This document shows positions 30,779-41,496 of a DNA stretch of 64,000 nt, piece by piece. This stretch comes from a virus. The notes beneath the pieces were generated by a model that saw only the letters and a list, made by a program, of their open reading frames with translations, had not been told where the DNA came from and made no database searches. How positions within the stretch are numbered: position 1 is the first letter of the stretch; every line of letters starts with the position of its first letter. The position numbers and the translations under genes were made by a program. The stretch is taken from positions 1 through 64,000 of the IMG/VR virus record IMGVR_UViG_3300003691_000002; one strand, given 5' to 3'.

Positions 30779-33700
30779 ATGAAGTGTGCAGTACAATTTA
30801 AAACAAAAGAGTTTTTACAAGACAATAATTTAATTGACTCTAATAATAATGTATTAAACTTAGAGGAATTTAAAAAAGCAGCAAGAACTCTTGATAATTT
30901 AGCTTTTTCTAAGTATTCAGTAGATACCTTAGACAATAGTTTATTTTCATTAAGGAATGAGGCTGATGGGATAAAGGTAGAGTATAATGAAAATATGTTT
31001 AATATTTTGCAAAATGCAGAAGCGGAATATTATACAGAATCTTTTCAATCTTTACTTGAAAAATATAAGCAAAAAGTTAACTCGTTACGTGTTAATAATA
31101 ACTATGTTGAAGGTGATTTAGTAAGCGCTTTAGAGGATATAGAATTTACAGAAGTAACTGCAAGTACTACTTTATTTAATACGGAAAGACCTTCTAATGC
31201 TAATGAGGCTATAAAAAGAATTTTAGAAGAAGATTTAGATGGGGAAGTTAGGGAACTTTTAGAGCAAATAGTAAGGAAATTTCCTGAGCTTAAAACTAAA
31301 ATTCAATATGTTAGTGCTAAAGCTTTACTTGCTAAAACAAATGAGCCTGCTAATGTGATGGTCTATGACAGAATAAATAATGTTATATACGTTAGCCCTG
31401 AACTAATTAAAGAAAGAGGTTACTCTGCTAGTTACATAAGTAACACATTTGTACATGAGGTAATGCACTCTGTTACTCTAAAGGCTTTATTAGACCCTAC
31501 AACCATAGAGCAAGAGCTTTTCTCAGAGCAAGTGGCACTGGAGTATACCAGACTAAAAGAAAAGGCGTCAGAAGAGCTTAAAAACAGTAAAGGATTTGCC
31601 AATAAAGAGGAGTTTGTAGCAGAAATGTTCTCTAATCCTGATTTTAGACAGGAAGTGAATAGATTAGACAAGAATTTTTTCGATATGCTTATTAACTTAA
31701 TAAGACGCATATTTGGATTCAAAAAAAATAATGTTTATAATAGGTTAATTAAATCAGGAGTAAGAGGATTTTCTCAAGAAAATATTAATAATGAAAATGC
31801 TCCAGTTTATTATCTTAAAACAGATGAAAATTTTAAAGTAGATAATACTACTTTTGATAAAAGACTTGCTAATACTATAAAGAAAATCAATAATTCTATT
31901 GATCAAAATATAAAACAAATTAAAGGTAAATTAGAATATCGTAAAGAAACTAATTATAATACAGAAGTATTAGATGAAATACTTTTAACACTTCAAGCAA
32001 TAGAAAATGATATTCAAACTACTATTCCTTTAGAGCAAATTAAAGCAATTAATGATTTTGTAAAATTAATTCAAAGATCTTTAAATACTTTAAATGCAGG
32101 ACTTGCAAGAAGAGACCCTGAAAATTTAGAATACACTCGTAATCTTATTCAAAATTATACTGATATTATTTCTTATTATGAGGTTATAGAAGAAATTAAA
32201 GATATTGTTGTTGATTTAGAAACTTCTCGTCCAGAAAATATTTCCGAAGAAGATATAAAGAAGATAGCTGGAGCTACTAATTATACTTTAGGATTATTTT
32301 ATAATGTACAAGGACAGCTGCATTCGTTAATTAAAGAACATATGTTTGATACTTTAAATGATATTAAATATCATAAAGAAGTAGAGAATAAACATTATCA
32401 AAGATTAAAACAAGAACATAAAGATGCTAATCTTATAGGAGATAGGGAACAGTGGATTATACAAATGATGTCTACTCGTGATAAAGAAAGAATAGATGAA
32501 GATGTTAAAATAGCTACTGAAGAATTAATTGCTAATCCTGTATTTGATATTAGTTCTTTTACTCTTAAATTTGTTTCTAGTGTTAATGTAGGTTCTAAAT
32601 TTGTTCAAATATTAGAACATATGTTAAATGAAATATACACAGAAAGAAATAGTGAAAGAGAAAAAGCAGATCAAGAATTTCAAGATATTTTTACAGAAGC
32701 AGTTCAAACTAAAGGAACAAATAATATTAAAAAACTTTATAGTAATCTATATGAACAAACTGCTGATGGAACTTATTATTTAAAAGGAGAATATTCTGTT
32801 AAATTTTTAGATGAGGTAATAGGTAAAATCAATACTGTTAGAGAAAAATATGATGAGCAAATTGAAGAACTTCAATTAACTTACTTAGGTACAGACCCTG
32901 ATAGTGATTTTTATCAAGCTCAAAATGATAAGGTAAGAGCTTTAGTTGAAAAAAGAAATACAGAAATAAAAGCTATTGAAGATGCTAATTATGATTATGG
33001 CGCTGAAAATGAAAAAATAATTAAAGATAAATGGAAAAATGATTTATCTTCTTTATCTGAAATAGATAAAAAACTTTTAAGTTTCTTTACTAAATCTTCA
33101 GAAGATATTCGTAAGCTTTCATATTCTGCTCCTATAATGATGAGCAATATTAAATATTATGGGAATGGAAAATTTTACACTTTACCTAAAATTTCTAAAT
33201 CTGATACAGAAAGATTAATTGTAGATAAAAATGCAGTAGGTTATGTAAAAGATAAATTTGCAGATAGAAATGTAAGAGTTGATGACGTAGGGTATGTAGA
33301 AGAAATGTCTACAGTTGCAGGTAAAAAGATTTTACAGAAAAAATTGTGGTATAGAGACCCTGTTGGAGTATTTGATTCTAAAAATCAATCTTTAGATTTA
33401 ATGACGATATTCCGTTTAGATTATATAAACGCTCTTAATTATAATATAAGACATCAACATGAAGATAAATTAAATTATTTATTAGAAATAGCTTCTGCAA
33501 AAGAAAAGTTTTATAAAAAGAAAGGAAATTTATTAGTAGTCAATCCTAAATTAGAGCAAGCAAAAGTAATTGATGGTGAACAATCTAATACTGCTGCTTT
33601 AATGAAACATATGATGGAAACTAGATTTTATGATGTAATGGCTAAAACAGGTACTACTTTTTTAGGAATGGAAGCGCATAAAATAGTCGATATGCTTAAT

Positions 33701-35032
33701 AGTACATCTGCACTACTTACTTTGTCTTTAAATTTTGCTTCAGGAACTGCTAACGTAATAAATGCTAATGGGCAATTATTTATAGAAAGTTTTGCAAAGG
33801 GTTATCATATAACAGCAAAAGACATAGCTAAAGCTAATGCTTTATATGGTAATAATTTACCTGAAATATTGAAAGATACTACAAGACCTGTAAATAGGTC
33901 TTTAGTTAATCAGATTCATGAATACTTTGATACTCAAGGATTAAGAAATATGTCTAATGTTAATTTTATTATAACAGACATGCTTAAACTTGGTATGAAT
34001 AAAGAAGCTTTAAGAGTATTTCAAGAGTCTGGAGAACATTGGATTCAATCTACTGTAGCTTTAAGTATTTTAAATAATATTAAAGTTTTAAATGAGAATA
34101 GTCAATTTATTGATAAAGATGGTAAAGTAGTAAAATCTAAAGACAAAGCAGCATCTGTTTTAGATATGATGTCTGTAGATAAAACTACTGGTGCTTTACA
34201 AATAAGTGATAAATTTACTTATACTACTCATTCTAAATTAACTAAATGGAATGAAGGAGGTAAAGAAAATGTAACTAGTTTAATCCATAAAAAATTAGAC
34301 GATATAATTGGTAACTACAGACAGACTCATCAGCCAGAAGTAATGAAACATTGGCTAGGAAAACTTGTATTATTATATCGCAAGTTTTTAGTACCAATGG
34401 CTATTTATAGAGGTAAAGGATTAAATACTGTAGGAATAAGAAAAGAAAACTTACAAGAAAAAGATAGACCTTTTAATTATGCCTTACAAGAATATGATGA
34501 AGGTTATTATACTACATTTTTTAGATATGTTTTAGATTCAATTAAAAGAAGAAAATTCTATTTACTTTCTAAAGGGGAAGTTTGGAAAAATCTTACTGAT
34601 TTTGAAAAACATAACATAAAAAAGTTTGTAGTAGAAACAGTTATGATATATGGTATGCTTCCTTTACTTGTAGAGTTTGCTGCAGCTTCTGCTAAAGCAG
34701 ATACTTCTCAAGATGATGAAGAATACTTATTCTTTTTAATATATCAAATTCGTAGATTAAGAACAGAATTAGCACAATACAGAAGTTATAATGAAGCTTT
34801 TAAAATGTTAAGATCCCCTATTCCTTCTGCACGTTTGTTTGAAACTACTTTAGATATATTTACTACATCACTTAATCCTACTAAATGGGGAGAAGTATAT
34901 GAAAATGGACATAATAAAGGTAAAAATAAAATTATTACTAAAACTATGAAACAAATTCCAGTAGCTAAAGAATTCTATAGAACTTATAAAGATTTATTTG
35001 AATTTCAAAATAGTTATTTTGGTAATAGATAA
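30779..35032 (+). CDS. Giant cargo protein with zincin metalloprotease motif
   Basis: FVHEVMHSVT...EEFVAE motif; third giant gene of the crAss RNAP block; ATG at 30779 (MKC...). Confidence 0.75.
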   Translation: MKCAVQFKTKEFLQDNNLIDSNNNVLNLEEFKKAARTLDNLAFSKYSVDTLDNSLFSLRNEADGIKVEYNENMFNILQNAEAEYYTESFQSLLEKYKQKVNSLRVNNNYVEGDLVSALEDIEFTEVTASTTLFNTERPSNANEAIKRILEEDLDGEVRELLEQIVRKFPELKTKIQYVSAKALLAKTNEPANVMVYDRINNVIYVSPELIKERGYSASYISNTFVHEVMHSVTLKALLDPTTIEQELFSEQVALEYTRLKEKASEELKNSKGFANKEEFVAEMFSNPDFRQEVNRLDKNFFDMLINLIRRIFGFKKNNVYNRLIKSGVRGFSQENINNENAPVYYLKTDENFKVDNTTFDKRLANTIKKINNSIDQNIKQIKGKLEYRKETNYNTEVLDEILLTLQAIENDIQTTIPLEQIKAINDFVKLIQRSLNTLNAGLARRDPENLEYTRNLIQNYTDIISYYEVIEEIKDIVVDLETSRPENISEEDIKKIAGATNYTLGLFYNVQGQLHSLIKEHMFDTLNDIKYHKEVENKHYQRLKQEHKDANLIGDREQWIIQMMSTRDKERIDEDVKIATEELIANPVFDISSFTLKFVSSVNVGSKFVQILEHMLNEIYTERNSEREKADQEFQDIFTEAVQTKGTNNIKKLYSNLYEQTADGTYYLKGEYSVKFLDEVIGKINTVREKYDEQIEELQLTYLGTDPDSDFYQAQNDKVRALVEKRNTEIKAIEDANYDYGAENEKIIKDKWKNDLSSLSEIDKKLLSFFTKSSEDIRKLSYSAPIMMSNIKYYGNGKFYTLPKISKSDTERLIVDKNAVGYVKDKFADRNVRVDDVGYVEEMSTVAGKKILQKKLWYRDPVGVFDSKNQSLDLMTIFRLDYINALNYNIRHQHEDKLNYLLEIASAKEKFYKKKGNLLVVNPKLEQAKVIDGEQSNTAALMKHMMETRFYDVMAKTGTTFLGMEAHKIVDMLNSTSALLTLSLNFASGTANVINANGQLFIESFAKGYHITAKDIAKANALYGNNLPEILKDTTRPVNRSLVNQIHEYFDTQGLRNMSNVNFIITDMLKLGMNKEALRVFQESGEHWIQSTVALSILNNIKVLNENSQFIDKDGKVVKSKDKAASVLDMMSVDKTTGALQISDKFTYTTHSKLTKWNEGGKENVTSLIHKKLDDIIGNYRQTHQPEVMKHWLGKLVLLYRKFLVPMAIYRGKGLNTVGIRKENLQEKDRPFNYALQEYDEGYYTTFFRYVLDSIKRRKFYLLSKGEVWKNLTDFEKHNIKKFVVETVMIYGMLPLLVEFAAASAKADTSQDDEEYLFFLIYQIRRLRTELAQYRSYNEAFKMLRSPIPSARLFETTLDIFTTSLNPTKWGEVYENGHNKGKNKIITKTMKQIPVAKEFYRTYKDLFEFQNSYFGNR

Positions 35033-35054
35033 ATAATTTAATTTTTTAATTAAT

Positions 35055-35093
35055 AAAAAAAGAGCATCTTTATAAATTAAAGATGCTCTTTTT
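35055..35093. terminator. Bidirectional intrinsic terminator between the convergent arms
   Basis: AAAAAAGAGCATCTTTA-TAAAT-TAAAGATGCTCTTTTT perfect inverted repeat with A and T tracts. Confidence 0.9.
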
Positions 35094-35124
35094 AGTAAAA
35101 CAAATGGTTATTTAATAATTATGT

Positions 35125-35877
35125 TTATTTTTTTATTCTTAAATTTGATAAATCATACATAGTGAGTTCTATATTATCTAAACGATTAAATTGTTTTACT
35201 AATTTATCAAATGTTCTTTTATGATTAACTTTTAAAAATTTTAATGCTTGCTTAAAAGTAATTGATTCAGTTATTATTTTTCTTTCTCTTATATATCTTT
35301 TTGCTTTTGTTTTGTAATCAACTTTATCCATATGTTTTAAAAATATATTCTGTTTTATTAACTTTTCTAAATCTTTTTCTGTTTTTTGTGTATTAATAAA
35401 ACACCTAGTAAAAATATGTTCATTTTTACTTATATCTTTTAAATCTTTTTCTTTAAAATAAGTACGATTTAATTTTAATAAATACATCCGCATATCACTT
35501 TGATTAGAACTAGTATACTTTTTACTAAATACTATTTCTATAAAAGGAAAATATGTTTTAAAAAGTTTTTTTACTTTGTCATAAGACCATTCTTTTTCAT
35601 TAATATCTATTACCCATAATGGTTTCATCATCATATAAACTTTAAAAAAAATAATATAGACAATATTTTTTTTTATTTCTTCTTGATTTTTAAATTCAAA
35701 ATGTCTATTGACACTATAAAAAATAGAATCTATATTACTTATAGAGCCTACTTGACAATTACCAGTAATATTATAATTTAATTTTGATCTATAAGTTCCA
35801 AATACATTATCAAAAGATATTTTTACAGTGTGATCTGTTGAAGAATCTGATTCTGTAAATTCAATAAATGCTTTCAT
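35125..35877 (-). CDS. Hypothetical protein (NCQ...YTSSN motif family)
   Basis: 250-aa ORF; motif order resembles ORF 57383-58129. Confidence 0.65.
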   Translation of the reverse strand: MKAFIEFTESDSSTDHTVKISFDNVFGTYRSKLNYNITGNCQVGSISNIDSIFYSVNRHFEFKNQEEIKKNIVYIIFFKVYMMMKPLWVIDINEKEWSYDKVKKLFKTYFPFIEIVFSKKYTSSNQSDMRMYLLKLNRTYFKEKDLKDISKNEHIFTRCFINTQKTEKDLEKLIKQNIFLKHMDKVDYKTKAKRYIRERKIITESITFKQALKFLKVNHKRTFDKLVKQFNRLDNIELTMYDLSNLRIKK

Positions 35878-35880
35878 TTT

Positions 35881-36420
35881 TTAAAATCTAGTTTTTAATC
35901 TTTTATTTATTTCTTCTAATGTTATAGGCTCATAATGTAATTGTTCTGCTGAAACATTAAAATAATTAGGATGTAATATTTCAACATCTTTTTTAAATTC
36001 AAAATCCCAAGTATAAGCATGTATATTATTTTCATGTAAATGACCATGAATATTTATACTTGCTCTATAAGTTAATTCTTTAGGATGTATAGGTATATGA
36101 GTTAATAAATATTTATTTTTATATTTTATAGGCCCTGAAACATGATCTACATGTTTTAATAATTCTCTAACATCTTGTCTTCTGTCGTGATTTCCTAAAA
36201 CTACATATTTCTTTCCTTTTAATAAATCTAATAATTCATAACCTGCTTTCTTCTCCATAGTAATATCACCTAATATATAAGTGACATCTTTTTTATGAAC
36301 AACTTTATTCCAAGTTTCAATAATATGTTTGTTCATTTTTTGTGCATTTTCAAATCCTCTGAAAGAAGCACAATTTTCGTGATTAAAATGTAAATCTGAA
36401 ATAAATCTTACTACGCCCAT
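35881..36420 (-). CDS. Calcineurin-like metallophosphoesterase
   Basis: SDLHF, LGD, GNHD, THIP and HGHLH motifs; start MGVVRF at 36420. Confidence 0.9.
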   Translation of the reverse strand: MGVVRFISDLHFNHENCASFRGFENAQKMNKHIIETWNKVVHKKDVTYILGDITMEKKAGYELLDLLKGKKYVVLGNHDRRQDVRELLKHVDHVSGPIKYKNKYLLTHIPIHPKELTYRASINIHGHLHENNIHAYTWDFEFKKDVEILHPNYFNVSAEQLHYEPITLEEINKRLKTRF

Positions 36421-36716
36421 ATTTGTGGAATTAAAGTTGATATATACCATCCTAATAAAAATCCTACACTGCTAGGTATTGGAAATAAAATATTTTTTCC
36501 AAATTTACTAACGTATTTATTTCTATTAAGTATTTTACTTTCTAATTGTTTTAATCCATAGTAGGCAAAAAAAATAAACCACCATAAATTACTAATTACT
36601 GCTCCAATAACTATTGCGCTAAAGAAGCCGTAAAGAAAATTAACAAAAGCATGTTTTGTTATTTCTTGTATTGATACTTCTGTATCTAAAACTTTTCTTT
36701 TTTTAGTATAGTGCAT
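36411..36716 (-). CDS. Small membrane protein
   Basis: Two to three hydrophobic helices. Confidence 0.65.
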   Translation of the reverse strand: MHYTKKRKVLDTEVSIQEITKHAFVNFLYGFFSAIVIGAVISNLWWFIFFAYYGLKQLESKILNRNKYVSKFGKNILFPIPSSVGFLLGWYISTLIPQIWA

Positions 36717-37611
36717 TCTCTCTAAATGTTTTTAAAAAGCTAAGATTAATTTTATTTATTATTTCAACATAATTTAATAATATAAAATTTCTAATAAATA
36801 GTTCATTTTCTTTTGCAGAATAAAAAAAATACATTATTGTTTTTAACATATGATCAAAAGAAAATTCTTTAAATAAATTATCATGAATTTTATTATCTTC
36901 ATCAAAAAAATTTTCAATATAATATGCTTGTAAAAAATCAATACAAAAATTTAATTTTTCTTCTTCTGTTAGCATATTAAAACATTTTATTGAATAATGA
37001 TTTGGTAATAAAAAACTTACTTTATAAACAGCAGATTTTAAATACATAGTATCTGTTTTATAAAATAATTGTACAATTTTGCCTAATGATTTTTTAAAAG
37101 GGGTTGCTTTTTTAATATCATCTTCATAGCAAGTTTGTGCGCTATATGTTGAAAAGTAATCTCCTGCACTTATGGCTTTTTGTATCTTTTCATTTGTTAT
37201 ATATCCATTACAATTTAATTGTTCAAGTAATTTAGGATACATATAATGAAAACCTAACATTCTATTATGCCAAACTTCTATATCATAATGAATCTTAAAT
37301 AAATTAAGACTATTAAAAATAAAAGTAGTAATAGGAGATGCTATTTTTGTTTTATTAAAAGCTAATTCATACCTATAATAATATTTGGCATATTTTAAAT
37401 GCAATGGGTTATAAAAACATAATGTATCTAAAAAGCTATCTACATTTTTATATAATCTAATTCCTTCATCTTTAAAATAAAGTTCATATTCTTTATTTTT
37501 AATAGAGTCTAAAAAATCATCAACTTCATGATCAAAAGCAATAAATTCTTTATCTATAATATCATGAGATGAATTGTAATAATTAATAGCTATATCTCCT
37601 ATTACTAACAT
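36703..37611 (-). CDS. Hypothetical protein, possibly a degenerate nucleotidyltransferase-like protein
   Basis: N-terminal MLVIGDIAI...DIIDKE resembles the hhhGS...DxD pattern but is degraded. Confidence 0.4.
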   Translation of the reverse strand: MLVIGDIAINYYNSSHDIIDKEFIAFDHEVDDFLDSIKNKEYELYFKDEGIRLYKNVDSFLDTLCFYNPLHLKYAKYYYRYELAFNKTKIASPITTFIFNSLNLFKIHYDIEVWHNRMLGFHYMYPKLLEQLNCNGYITNEKIQKAISAGDYFSTYSAQTCYEDDIKKATPFKKSLGKIVQLFYKTDTMYLKSAVYKVSFLLPNHYSIKCFNMLTEEEKLNFCIDFLQAYYIENFFDEDNKIHDNLFKEFSFDHMLKTIMYFFYSAKENELFIRNFILLNYVEIINKINLSFLKTFRENALY

Positions 37612-37613
37612 TT

Positions 37614-38813
37614 TTATTTTTTAATGTGATTTATACATTCTTTTAGGTTATTAAAATAAAACATTTTTAAATTTGAAATATTACTAAAAATTTTATTAAA
37701 CCAAACTTCTTCTTGGGTATTTTTAGTTACAAATATAAAAACTCTTCCTATTTTATTATTCTTTCTTAATCTTCCGATTCTTTGAATAAAATCTTTATCT
37801 GTACTATAATAAGACATTATAATACAATTATCAACATTATTAAGATTTGCTCCTTGTTTTAATTTTTTAAAACTTCCTATAACATTTGTAATTCCTTTTT
37901 CAAAGTTATCTCTTATTGCTGTATTTTCTGCATCAGTGTTACGAGAGCTTACAACATTATTTGTAACTTTATATAAGGAGTCTAAAGAATTACTAAATAT
38001 TATAGTTTTACTTTTTAAATGTTTTAAAATTTCTTTTGTTGCAGCTATTTTTGAAGGTAAATTATATAATATATTACTTCTTTTATGAGAAGTTATTCTT
38101 ATTTTTAATTTTTTAGTTTCTTCGTCAGAAATAAACCACGCTGTTTTATGTTGTTTATCCCAATATGAGTATGCTGCATCTTCAGTTTGATAGAATCTTT
38201 TCTTTTTATTACCTGCTTCTATAGTTTTATTTTTGTTATCTAATTCATGATTTATAACAAAAATTTCTAATTCTCTGGTTGTACCATCTTTTTGACCGTC
38301 TTTAACAGTATATTTAAAACAAATAGGAGCTATTTTATTTAATAAATCTCCTTTAGTATAAGATACAATTTCTGTTTCATATAAAGTTTTAGTATTAATA
38401 GTAGCAGATAATCCTATAATTGCATCATATTTATTATTAAAATAAAATTTAGAATATGCAGGAGTTAAAGAATCATGTATTTCATCAGCAATTACTAATC
38501 CAATATCATTTCTTCCCTTCCATTTATAAACTGTTTGATAACAATAAAAATGTAAATTATAGTCTTCTAAAACATTTTTATCAAAAAGCTTGTTAAACTT
38601 ATCAATATCATTTTTTAAATCTTTAATTCTATCTGTTGCTTCTGCTAAAAATAAATGTATTTTACCATCATTTTTAGGCATTGTATATAAAGCATGTAAA
38701 GATATAAAAGTTTTTCCTAAACCAGTTATGATTTCACAAGTACCTTTTTTATCTTTTTCGATCCATTTATGTAAAGCTTCTGTTTGAATTTTATTTCTAA
38801 CAGAGTCTAACAT
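37614..38813 (-). CDS. Superfamily 2 (DExH) helicase
   Basis: TGLGKT, DEIH, SAT and QRIGR motifs. Confidence 0.92.
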   Translation of the reverse strand: MLDSVRNKIQTEALHKWIEKDKKGTCEIITGLGKTFISLHALYTMPKNDGKIHLFLAEATDRIKDLKNDIDKFNKLFDKNVLEDYNLHFYCYQTVYKWKGRNDIGLVIADEIHDSLTPAYSKFYFNNKYDAIIGLSATINTKTLYETEIVSYTKGDLLNKIAPICFKYTVKDGQKDGTTRELEIFVINHELDNKNKTIEAGNKKKRFYQTEDAAYSYWDKQHKTAWFISDEETKKLKIRITSHKRSNILYNLPSKIAATKEILKHLKSKTIIFSNSLDSLYKVTNNVVSSRNTDAENTAIRDNFEKGITNVIGSFKKLKQGANLNNVDNCIIMSYYSTDKDFIQRIGRLRKNNKIGRVFIFVTKNTQEEVWFNKIFSNISNLKMFYFNNLKECINHIKK

Positions 38814-38831
38814 AAAAAATTTTTTTTAAAT

Positions 38832-38863
38832 AAAAAAAAGGGCAGTGAAAACTGCCCTTTTTT
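38832..38863 (-). terminator. Intrinsic terminator after nrdA
   Basis: AAAAAAGGGCAGT-loop-ACTGCCCTTTTTT inverted repeat. Confidence 0.85.
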
Positions 38864-38864
38864 A

Positions 38865-40493
38865 TTATGCTTCACAAGCTACACATTCATTAATGTCTCT
38901 TGCAAAAGATTGTGCTGCACTTTGACTAAATTGATAATACAAAGTTTTAATTCCTTCTTCCCACGCATATAAATAAAGTTTATTAATTTCTTTAGCTGGT
39001 ACAGAAGGATGAATCATAAGATTCAATGATTGACTTTGGTCTATAAATTTTTGTCTTTGTGCTGCTTGTAATATTAATTCTTTTGGACTTATTTCAATAA
39101 AAGATTTAAATACTTCTTTTGTTGGAAAATCTAAATGTTGACAACTTCCATCATTGTCTAAAATAGATTGCCATACTTCAGGAGTATTTAGATCATATTT
39201 TTCAAGTTCCTGTTCAAGTATTTTATTTTTATATACAGATTTAGATTTAGCTAAATCTTTTACAAAATAATTAGACTTAATAGGCTCAATTCCCATTGAA
39301 ACTTGTCCTAAAATAAAACTACTAGATTTTGTAGGTGCTATAGCTAAAAGAGTAGTATTAGCAAATCCTTCTCTTAAACATTTATAACCTAAATGTTCAT
39401 AACACCATCGAGAAGCATAGTCACTTCTCTCTTTTAAAGTAGAAAATATTTCATGATTTATTTGTTTAGTTTTTAAAGATTCAAATTCAATAAGTTTAGA
39501 TTGTAAATAAGAATGATATCCTAATACACCTAAACCTAAAGCACGATGTTCTTTAGCAAATTTATGTGCTCTTCCCATTCCTGGTAATTTAGAAGACTTT
39601 TCAATAAAATCTTCCATAACAGCATTTAAAAAAAGAACATAAGTTTCTATTGCGTCTGTATTTTTTATTTCATCCCAATGCAATAAATTTATACTACCTA
39701 AACAACAAACAAAAGAACTATAAGAATCAGTTGGTAATTGTATTTCTGAACATAAATTACTTGCTGTAATTTCTAATCCTAATTCTTTATAAGGAGTATT
39801 ATTGTTACTGTTATCTTTAAACATAATATAAGGAAATCCAAACTCACTTCTTCTTTGAAGAACTTTAGCCCAAACTTTTCTGTTTGGAGATTCTGGATTA
39901 TTTATCATATCATGTAACCAATCGTCTGTAACAGTTACAGCATATTGTAAATTTTGTATAGGATTTCCTTCAATACCAATATCTAAAAAATCCATAATAT
40001 CAGGATGTTCAATAGGTAGATATAAAGCACAGGCACCTCTTCTAGCATCTGATTGTTTACATTTGTCTATAATAGTATCGTACATTACAGCATAATGTAC
40101 AGGACCGTCTGCTTTACCTCCAGTACTAATATTAGCACCACGAGGTCTAATATTACCTAAATAAGCAGAAGTACCACCTCCATATTTAGACATCATTCCT
40201 ATTTCTCTACCTGCATTCAAAATACTGTCTAATGTATCGTCTACATTAGAACCATAACAACTAATCGCTAATGCACGTTCATAACCAAAGTTGGTCCATA
40301 CAGGAGTAGAAAGAGAATAAAATCCTCTTTGCATATAATCCTCAAATTTTTGAGAAAAATTTTTAATTCCTAATATTTTTTCTGCGTGATTAGCAATATC
40401 TTTAATTCTTTGTTCAGGAGTAATATTTTCTTTTAAATATCCCCTTGACAAAAATATTCTACTTTCTTCATTTAGCCAATAATACTTTTTCAT
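38865..40493 (-). CDS. nrdA: Class I ribonucleotide reductase alpha subunit (short, no ATP cone)
   Basis: SNLCSEI, APT, TLYY and C-terminal CVAC motifs. Confidence 0.95.
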   Translation of the reverse strand: MKKYYWLNEESRIFLSRGYLKENITPEQRIKDIANHAEKILGIKNFSQKFEDYMQRGFYSLSTPVWTNFGYERALAISCYGSNVDDTLDSILNAGREIGMMSKYGGGTSAYLGNIRPRGANISTGGKADGPVHYAVMYDTIIDKCKQSDARRGACALYLPIEHPDIMDFLDIGIEGNPIQNLQYAVTVTDDWLHDMINNPESPNRKVWAKVLQRRSEFGFPYIMFKDNSNNNTPYKELGLEITASNLCSEIQLPTDSYSSFVCCLGSINLLHWDEIKNTDAIETYVLFLNAVMEDFIEKSSKLPGMGRAHKFAKEHRALGLGVLGYHSYLQSKLIEFESLKTKQINHEIFSTLKERSDYASRWCYEHLGYKCLREGFANTTLLAIAPTKSSSFILGQVSMGIEPIKSNYFVKDLAKSKSVYKNKILEQELEKYDLNTPEVWQSILDNDGSCQHLDFPTKEVFKSFIEISPKELILQAAQRQKFIDQSQSLNLMIHPSVPAKEINKLYLYAWEEGIKTLYYQFSQSAAQSFARDINECVACEA

Positions 40494-40495
40494 AG

Positions 40496-41470
40496 TTAAA
40501 ATAAGTCACTTCCTGTGATAGGTTTTGATTTTTTGTTATAATCTATTTGTTTTTTGTAAAAAAAGTCTCCTTCTTTAGTAGATTTTAACTCTACTTCAAA
40601 CCAAAGAGTAGGTTCTAATAATTCAATGTTAACTTCAAATAAAGGTTCTAAACCAATTTTTTCTAAAGAGTTATTAAATCTATTTTTAATAAATTCCTGC
40701 ACAACTCTTTGAGGTAAAAAATCTAATTCTCCCTTTTCAAAAATCCAATCTAATACTTTGCATTCAGCTATATAAGCTTTTTTGCAAGCAGAATAAATTA
40801 ATTTATTAAAATCTTCATCAAACCACTCAGGGTTTTCTTTTTTTATAATATTGATAATTTCAACACCAAAATTACCATGTATATCTTCTTCCTTTGATGT
40901 AGCTTCTACTACATTAGATATACCTTTAAACAGATTTTTGTCTTTATTAAAAGACATTAAAATCAAAAATTGGCTAAATAATGACACATGTTCAATAAAA
41001 AGAGAAAAAAGTAATACACTTTTAGTATAAAGCTTATCACTCTTGCTACGTGTACCATCTAAATATTTAGTAAGATAGCTAATTCTATCTTTTATAGCTG
41101 GTACTTCTATTACCTTTTCAAATTCTTTTTGTAAACCTAATACATTTAATAATTCTGCATAGGCATCTTTGTGTCTTACTTCGGATTCAGCAAAAGTCAT
41201 TCCAACATCTCCTATTTCAGGTATAGGCATTCTTTTATACATGTCTGCCCAAAATGTTTTAACACTGACTTCTATTTGTGCTATTCCTAGCATGGATCGT
41301 TTAATTGCTTCCTTTTCAACTTCAGTTACGTTTACTTTATAATCAGATATATCAGAAGTAAAATTAAATTCTGTATGCAACCAATAAGAATGTCTAATTG
41401 CATTTTTAAATTTAATTAATTCTGGATATTGATATGGAAGAATATTAATCCTTTTCTTAAATATACTCAT
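40496..41470 (-). CDS. nrdB: Class I ribonucleotide reductase beta subunit
   Basis: EVRHKDAY, KEEDIH and DFF...DY motifs. Confidence 0.95.
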   Translation of the reverse strand: MSIFKKRINILPYQYPELIKFKNAIRHSYWLHTEFNFTSDISDYKVNVTEVEKEAIKRSMLGIAQIEVSVKTFWADMYKRMPIPEIGDVGMTFAESEVRHKDAYAELLNVLGLQKEFEKVIEVPAIKDRISYLTKYLDGTRSKSDKLYTKSVLLFSLFIEHVSLFSQFLILMSFNKDKNLFKGISNVVEATSKEEDIHGNFGVEIINIIKKENPEWFDEDFNKLIYSACKKAYIAECKVLDWIFEKGELDFLPQRVVQEFIKNRFNNSLEKIGLEPLFEVNIELLEPTLWFEVELKSTKEGDFFYKKQIDYNKKSKPITGSDLF

Positions 41471-41496
41471 AAGCTAATATACTTACTAACTTATTA

